The position numbers were made by a program, and so were the translations under genes. The notes under the pieces are model-generated. The model was not told the origin of the DNA, ran no database searches, and saw only the letters and a program-made list of their open reading frames with translations. DNA of 36,910 bases from Methanomassiliicoccaceae archaeon (GTDB taxonomy: Archaea > Thermoplasmatota > Thermoplasmata > Methanomassiliicoccales > Methanomethylophilaceae): the NCBI GenBank assembly GCA_031254685.1, contig JAIRTZ010000103.1, forward strand, positions 1 to 36,910, written 5' to 3'. Shown piece by piece: positions 32,756 to 36,910 of this stretch. The stretch's first letter is position 1. Every line of letters starts with the position of its first letter.

Positions 32756-32778
32756 CGGTCTCACTTATCGGCTTTGGA

Positions 32779-32787
32779 ATATATAGA
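32779..32787 (-). promoter_or_regulatory. TATA-like box ~28 nt upstream of the ATPase ATG (leaderless transcript implied)
   Basis: CTATATATT on the minus strand (plus 32779-32787). There is no SD between it and ATG 32755. It could also serve the divergent TPR gene. Confidence 0.3.
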
Positions 32788-32839
32788 ACATACCGGAACC
32801 CGCAATAACTTTATTTCAAGCGAACACGTGCGGGTGCCG

Positions 32840-33691
32840 ATGGACACCGAAAAGGCATTCGATACGATCGGGAAACATATCGCGGCCGGCGAGTATGGGA
32901 AAGTAAGACCGGTGATCGACACGATCGCGTCATCGGTCGGCGACGTCCCGACGCTGCTGAAATGCGCCTCGCTGCTGAAAGTGGTGGACGACGAGGACGG
33001 ATGCCAGAACATTTTGGACCGCGTCATTGAAATGAGGCTCGATACCGCCGCCGAGAGACTGTCGGCGGCCTCTGCGCTCAGAGGCCTCGGAAGGGCCGAG
33101 GATGCATACGGGATGATCAGGGATGATGAGGACACGGTACCCGCCCTTCGGGAGAAATCAAGGATGCTCCTGATCATGGACGAAGGAGAGACCGCGCTGT
33201 CGAAGATCAGAAGGATAACGGATATGACGGCATCGGACAAAGTGCTCCTCACCGAGATATTATGCTCGATAGGCGAGTTCCGGGAAGCTCACGAGACCGC
33301 GTCGCGTCTTGTGAAGGACGAGGACGCGTCGTATGCATCACTGGTGAACCTATGCACAACGCTCATGCTCATGGGAAAGAACAAAGAGGCCGTTAAAACC
33401 GCGAGGCAGCACCTGAAGGAGGATAAGAAGGACGCGGACTCGCTGGCGCTTGCCGCCTATGTCATGAGGATCAACGGGAAGATGTCCGCCGCCACAGCGT
33501 TCGCCCACCGCGCGATAGCCGCAGATCATACGCATGCAGGCGCCCTGGAGACGATGGCGTTCTGCCTTATCGAAAAATCAAGGTTCATCGAGGCCAAGGT
33601 GATGGCCGGCGCTATAAACGACAAAAGCCCGGGACACCCGGCGGCGATACGGATACTTGATGCGTGCAGGATAGCCAAGGGCGGACGCTGA
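32840..33691 (+). CDS. TPR-like helical repeat protein
   Basis: ~283 aa, all-helical and Ala/Leu-rich with 34-aa-like periodicity (e.g. ASLVNLCTTLMLMGKNKEAVKTARQHLKEDKKDADSLALAAYVMRINGKMSAATAFAHRAIAAD). ATG 32840 is preferred over TTG 32774. Confidence 0.55.
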   Translation: MDTEKAFDTIGKHIAAGEYGKVRPVIDTIASSVGDVPTLLKCASLLKVVDDEDGCQNILDRVIEMRLDTAAERLSAASALRGLGRAEDAYGMIRDDEDTVPALREKSRMLLIMDEGETALSKIRRITDMTASDKVLLTEILCSIGEFREAHETASRLVKDEDASYASLVNLCTTLMLMGKNKEAVKTARQHLKEDKKDADSLALAAYVMRINGKMSAATAFAHRAIAADHTHAGALETMAFCLIEKSRFIEAKVMAGAINDKSPGHPAAIRILDACRIAKGGR

Positions 33692-33693
33692 CC

Positions 33694-34089
33694 TCAGTGT
33701 ATCACGCGCCTGGACATCTCCAGCTTGCGTATCTCTATCACCGCGACGGCGACGGACAGCGCCGCAACGATCAGACAGAGAATGAAGAAGATGTTCGGTA
33801 TGGTCCCTAACATCGTGTCCCGGTCCAGCGAACCGTAGGTGCTTGACGAGAACGCGGAAAGGAATGTCTCATTCATCAGAAATCCCGAAAAGCCGTCAAT
33901 GTGCAGCCACGTCGTATACGTAGCGGGGTCCACGATCGCGCTTCCCCAGCTCCCTACGAGGTCGGAGAAGGAGAAGTTCGGAGGATTGATCGAATTTCCC
34001 GGCCCGGCGCCCGATGCGAGAGGCATAACGAGAAATGATAAAGCTAAAGCGCAGAATATAACGGCACACGGTAACGTATACGCCTTCAT
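33694..34089 (-). CDS. Hypothetical small exported/membrane protein (signal peptide plus C-terminal TM helix)
   Basis: 131 aa. N-terminal CAVIFCALALSFLVMPLASGA and C-terminal IFFILCLIVAALSVAVAVI. I recognise no family. Overlapping alternative ORFs make this less certain. Confidence 0.45.
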   Translation of the reverse strand: MKAYTLPCAVIFCALALSFLVMPLASGAGPGNSINPPNFSFSDLVGSWGSAIVDPATYTTWLHIDGFSGFLMNETFLSAFSSSTYGSLDRDTMLGTIPNIFFILCLIVAALSVAVAVIEIRKLEMSRRVIH

Positions 34090-34180
34090 AGGATCCCCAT
34101 CCGAATCTATCAGCGATTATCACATTGATAAATGTTATCCCCTCCGCATGTTCGCAACGGGTACGCGCGAAGTGAGCACA

Positions 34181-34187
34181 TTTATAT
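34181..34187 (+). promoter_or_regulatory. TATA-like box ~27 nt upstream of the hisD ATG
   Basis: TTTATAT at 34181-34187 and ATG at 34211. No SD is evident, which is consistent with a leaderless or near-leaderless archaeal mRNA. Confidence 0.3.
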
Positions 34188-34210
34188 CGTAGGTAGATAA
34201 TCAAAGGCGC

Positions 34211-35464
34211 ATGTGGGAACAGCTCGAAGAGGGTTTCTGGAAAAAGAACCGCGTTTCAAAAACGGACTCGGCGGTCAAGGACGTCCTTAAGATCATAGAC
34301 CAGGTGAAGGCGCACGGCGACAAGGCGCTGATCGAACTGGCAAAGAAGTTCGATAACGAGGACATCGATTCGATAGCGGTCCCGAGGGACGAGATCGATG
34401 ATGCTTACGATGAACTCTCCGAAGACCTGATCGACGCGCTGGAGACGGCGGCCGCGAACATCCAGAGGTTCCACGAGATGCAATTGGACGGCGACCTCAA
34501 ACTGACCGAAGTGGAACCGGGAGTGTTCCTCGGTGTCAAGAGCACCCCGCTGGAGAGGATCGGCGTATACATCCCCGGAGGGCGCGCGCCGTACCCGAGC
34601 AGCGCCCTGATGGGCGTCATCCCGGCGAGGGTCGCCGGTGTTGACGAAGTCATATGCTGCTCCCCGCCGAAGATCGATCCCGTAACGTTGGTTGCGATGG
34701 ACATAGCGGGGGCGGACGAAATATATCAGGCAGGCGGCGCGCAGGCGATCGCCGCGATGGCGTTCGGGACGAGGACGATGGAACGCGTTCAGAAGATCGT
34801 CGGCCCGGGCAACATTTACGTCACGGCCGCGAAATCGATACTCCGCGGGACCGTGGAGATAGACTTTCCGGCGGGCCCCAGCGAGATCGGCATCGTTGCC
34901 GACGAGACCGCGAATGCGGCGTTCATAGCCGCGGACGTGCTCGCGCAGGCCGAGCACGACCCGTCGTCGGCATGCGTTCTTGTCACAACGGACGCATCAT
35001 TGCCGAAGAAGGTGTGGGCGCAGATCGAAAAGATGATGGCGGCCGCGCCGAGGCTGAAGATAATAAAAGAGGCATTGAACAATTCAGGATACATTGTGAA
35101 GGGATCTGCGGAGGAGTGCATAGAGGCGATGAACGAAATGGCGCCGGAGCACCTTTCGCTGCAGGTCGCGGACCCGCTGACCGCGCTCGGCCTCGTACGG
35201 AACGCCGGATCTGTGTTCATAGGTCCGTACACACCCGTTGCCGCGGGCGACTACGCATCCGGGACGAACCACATACTTCCGACCGCAGGCAACGCATCCG
35301 TAATGTCGGGACTGAACGTATCGCACTTCAGAAAGACATCCACGATACAGATGATATCCAGGGAAGGCCTGGAGGAAATGGCCGGCGTGATAGAATCGAT
35401 AGCGGAGGCCGAGGGACTTATCGCGCACAGGGATTCCGTTCGGATAAGGCTGAAGAAGAAGTAA
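34211..35464 (+). CDS. hisD: Histidinol dehydrogenase
   Basis: 417 aa. GVYIPGGRAPYPSSALMGVIPARVAGV, IYQAGGAQAIAAMAFGT, QAEHDPSS and GDYASGTNHILPT are characteristic HisD motifs. Confidence 0.93.
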   Translation: MWEQLEEGFWKKNRVSKTDSAVKDVLKIIDQVKAHGDKALIELAKKFDNEDIDSIAVPRDEIDDAYDELSEDLIDALETAAANIQRFHEMQLDGDLKLTEVEPGVFLGVKSTPLERIGVYIPGGRAPYPSSALMGVIPARVAGVDEVICCSPPKIDPVTLVAMDIAGADEIYQAGGAQAIAAMAFGTRTMERVQKIVGPGNIYVTAAKSILRGTVEIDFPAGPSEIGIVADETANAAFIAADVLAQAEHDPSSACVLVTTDASLPKKVWAQIEKMMAAAPRLKIIKEALNNSGYIVKGSAEECIEAMNEMAPEHLSLQVADPLTALGLVRNAGSVFIGPYTPVAAGDYASGTNHILPTAGNASVMSGLNVSHFRKTSTIQMISREGLEEMAGVIESIAEAEGLIAHRDSVRIRLKKK

Positions 35465-35478
35465 TCTCCGTTACCTCA

Positions 35479-35485
35479 TTTTTTT
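35479..35485 (+). terminator. Oligo-T (T7) tract after hisD
   Basis: TTTTTTT at 35479-35485, 15 nt after the TAA stop. Archaeal RNA polymerase terminates at oligo-T runs. Confidence 0.35.
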
Positions 35486-35593
35486 AATTATTGTTAAAAA
35501 GACACGTTAATATAGTGAAACCGTGATGCGGAACCGATACAGGAGACGACCCCTTGCAACGACTCCTCGGAGTCATCGTCTCTTGTTTCCCTG

Positions 35594-36361
35594 TTATTCG
35601 AGGTATCCTTTTGCGCTTATCTTTATATTCTGTACCCCTTTTTCAAGTAACGCCGATGATAATTCATGTTCGCGAAGCATCAGCAGCGGTATCTCGGAAG
35701 GCAATGCGAAAAGTTCCGCATGATCTTCGCGGATGCGCATCCTGATCTGCCGGACGCCGGAGATGTCACGTATCAGTTCCTCGCATTCGTCAATGTGCCT
35801 TATGTCGCTGTCACCGAACGGCACGCCCGTTCGGAATCTCGTTGCCATGCACGTCTCTTTCAGAACATCGGTGCTCAGACGGAGCCCGATGAACATCTTT
35901 CTCACGGCATCGCGGCTGAATCCGAGTTCTTTCAAAGGACTTACGATACCGAATTCCGCGGCCGCCCTGCGGCCGGGCCTCTCCTCCGGGATATCGGAAG
36001 CGTTCTCCCCGTCGGCGAGAACGCTGCACCCGCGATCGGACCCGATGCCCCTGACCGCCGAATATATCGCTTTTTTGCAGAGATAGCACCTCTCAGCGGT
36101 ATTGTCGCGGACACCGGGCATGCAGTCCCAGCATAAACGCGCGACCGCAATGTCCGCTCCGAGTTCCCCCGCAACATCAAGCGCCGTACGCCGCTGCCTT
36201 TCCGATAACGTCGGGATGTCGGCGAACACCGCGACGTGACCGTCGGGAAGCATCTTCACAGCGGCCGCCAGCACCACCGTGCTGTCCGTGCCGCCGGAGA
36301 ATGATACCGCGACGCTTTTCATGGATGCGATATGATCGCAGAGGAGCTGCCATTCGTACAC
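35594..36361 (-). CDS. larE: PP-loop ATP pyrophosphatase, LarE-like (nickel-pincer cofactor sulfur transferase family)
   Basis: 255 aa. PP-loop VAVSFSGGTDSTV. Cys-rich CWDCMPGVRDNTAERCYLCKK. Size and layout match the TIGR00268/LarE family. It is divergently adjacent to a LarB-like gene. Confidence 0.7.
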   Translation of the reverse strand: MYEWQLLCDHIASMKSVAVSFSGGTDSTVVLAAAVKMLPDGHVAVFADIPTLSERQRRTALDVAGELGADIAVARLCWDCMPGVRDNTAERCYLCKKAIYSAVRGIGSDRGCSVLADGENASDIPEERPGRRAAAEFGIVSPLKELGFSRDAVRKMFIGLRLSTDVLKETCMATRFRTGVPFGDSDIRHIDECEELIRDISGVRQIRMRIREDHAELFALPSEIPLLMLREHELSSALLEKGVQNIKISAKGYLE

Positions 36362-36457
36362 GTCACTGCATCGTATCGCAGTAATTTAATAATCCCGTCA
36401 GTTCTTCCGCGCCGCCGATACAGAAAGTTAAGATACGGTCACAGCATTGCCAACGGC

Positions 36458-36910
36458 ATGAATATCAGGGATATCCTGGAGTCATTGAAGAAAGGGGAGA
36501 TAACAACGGAGGATGCCGAGAAGGCCCTCAGGCTGGATTATATTGAAAAGGTGAACGATCACACGGTCTTCGATCACGGCCGCAGGATGAGGAAGGACAT
36601 TCCCGAGGTGGTCTACGCGCTTGCGAAAACGCCCAAGATGGTTGCGGAGACGGCATCGAAAGTTCCCAAGGGAGGATACCTTCTGATCTCACGCGCATCG
36701 ATCGAACATTACGATGCGGTGTTCGCCGCAGTGAAAGAGAATACGGTCACGTATCATGAGAACGCGTCCGTGATAACGGTGGGGCTTCTGCGCCAGACGA
36801 GGGAAGTGAAACGTCCTATCGGCATACTCACGGCCGGTTCGTCGGACAGACGCGTGGCGGAGGAGGCGAAACTGATGGCGGAGGCGATGGGATGCAGATG
36901 CATCACATCG
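36458..36910 (+). CDS. larB: LarB-like (PurE-related) nickel-pincer cofactor biosynthesis protein, 5' partial running off the window
   Basis: Not in the supplied ORF track. My own translation from ATG 36458 gives 151 codons open to the window end: MNIRDILESLKKGEITTEDAEKALRLDY...IGILTAGSSDRRVAEEAKLMAEAMGC. The N-terminal helical domain and the AG(T/S)SD..VAEEA PurE-like motif are typical of LarB. Confidence 0.72.
   Translation, partial: MNIRDILESLKKGEITTEDAEKALRLDYIEKVNDHTVFDHGRRMRKDIPEVVYALAKTPKMVAETASKVPKGGYLLISRASIEHYDAVFAAVKENTVTYHENASVITVGLLRQTREVKRPIGILTAGSSDRRVAEEAKLMAEAMGCRCITS

Noticed and set aside
23242-32764. Idea that the UvrD-like helicase plus the split ATPase/TOPRIM genes form a Gabija-like (GajA/GajB) system
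   Set aside because: The helicase is ~5 kb away and is separated by four unrelated genes on both strands. It is clearly paired with the AddB-like gene instead. The ATPase plus DUF4435 pair is better explained as a self-contained PARIS-like module.
35541-35582. Nested palindrome (GAGACGA...TCGTCTC with inner GACTCC-tc-GGAGTC) between convergent hisD and larE, considered as a tRNA/ncRNA or terminator
   Set aside because: It has no tRNA-like T-arm or anticodon architecture, and no adjacent oligo-T run on the larE strand. At most it is a weak bidirectional terminator or an accidental palindrome, and the evidence is insufficient to call a feature.

Overview
This is a compact, fairly GC-rich archaeal chromosome segment with about 30 genes. 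I found no rRNA, tRNA, CRISPR array or transposase. Core genes are archaeal: archaeal-type AspRS, class V FBP aldolase/phosphatase next to an archaeal TIM, DnaG primase, a LonB-like ATPase, HisD, CobQ and LarE/LarB. A zinc-site-conserving MtaA/URO-D family methyltransferase and the stop-codon pattern (20 TGA, 5 TAA, 2 TAG) suggest a Methanomassiliicoccales/Thermoplasmata-like methylotrophic methanogen; that lineage call is inference, not proof. Four things stand out. (1) At 30.9-32.8 kb, an overlapping ABC-ATPase plus DUF4435/TOPRIM gene pair has the architecture of the bacterial PARIS (AriA/AriB) anti-phage system, here in an archaeon and in minimal form. (2) At 23.2-28.7 kb, a translationally coupled AddA-like UvrD helicase-nuclease and AddB-like Fe-S nuclease pair ends in an ATGA overlap with a P-type ATPase carrying a non-canonical TM4 motif. 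(3) These two modules, XseAB and a DEDDh exonuclease form a roughly 13 kb cluster of bacterial-type nucleic-acid enzymes. (4) A 1,467-codon GLUG-type surface adhesin with eight ~99-aa repeats is interrupted by one in-frame TAG inside a repeat. The only two TAG-terminated genes in the window both have an in-frame TAA backup within 3-5 codons, which fits amber read-through or pyrrolysine decoding. Smaller oddities are a Cys-rich-domain CobQ followed by an amidotransferase-less CobQ paralog, an Arg/Glu-rich tandem-repeat insertion in DnaG, a protease-less LonB-like ATPase, and an exported LTD-PLD-PKD protein. All functional calls come from motifs read by eye in the supplied translations; no database search was run.
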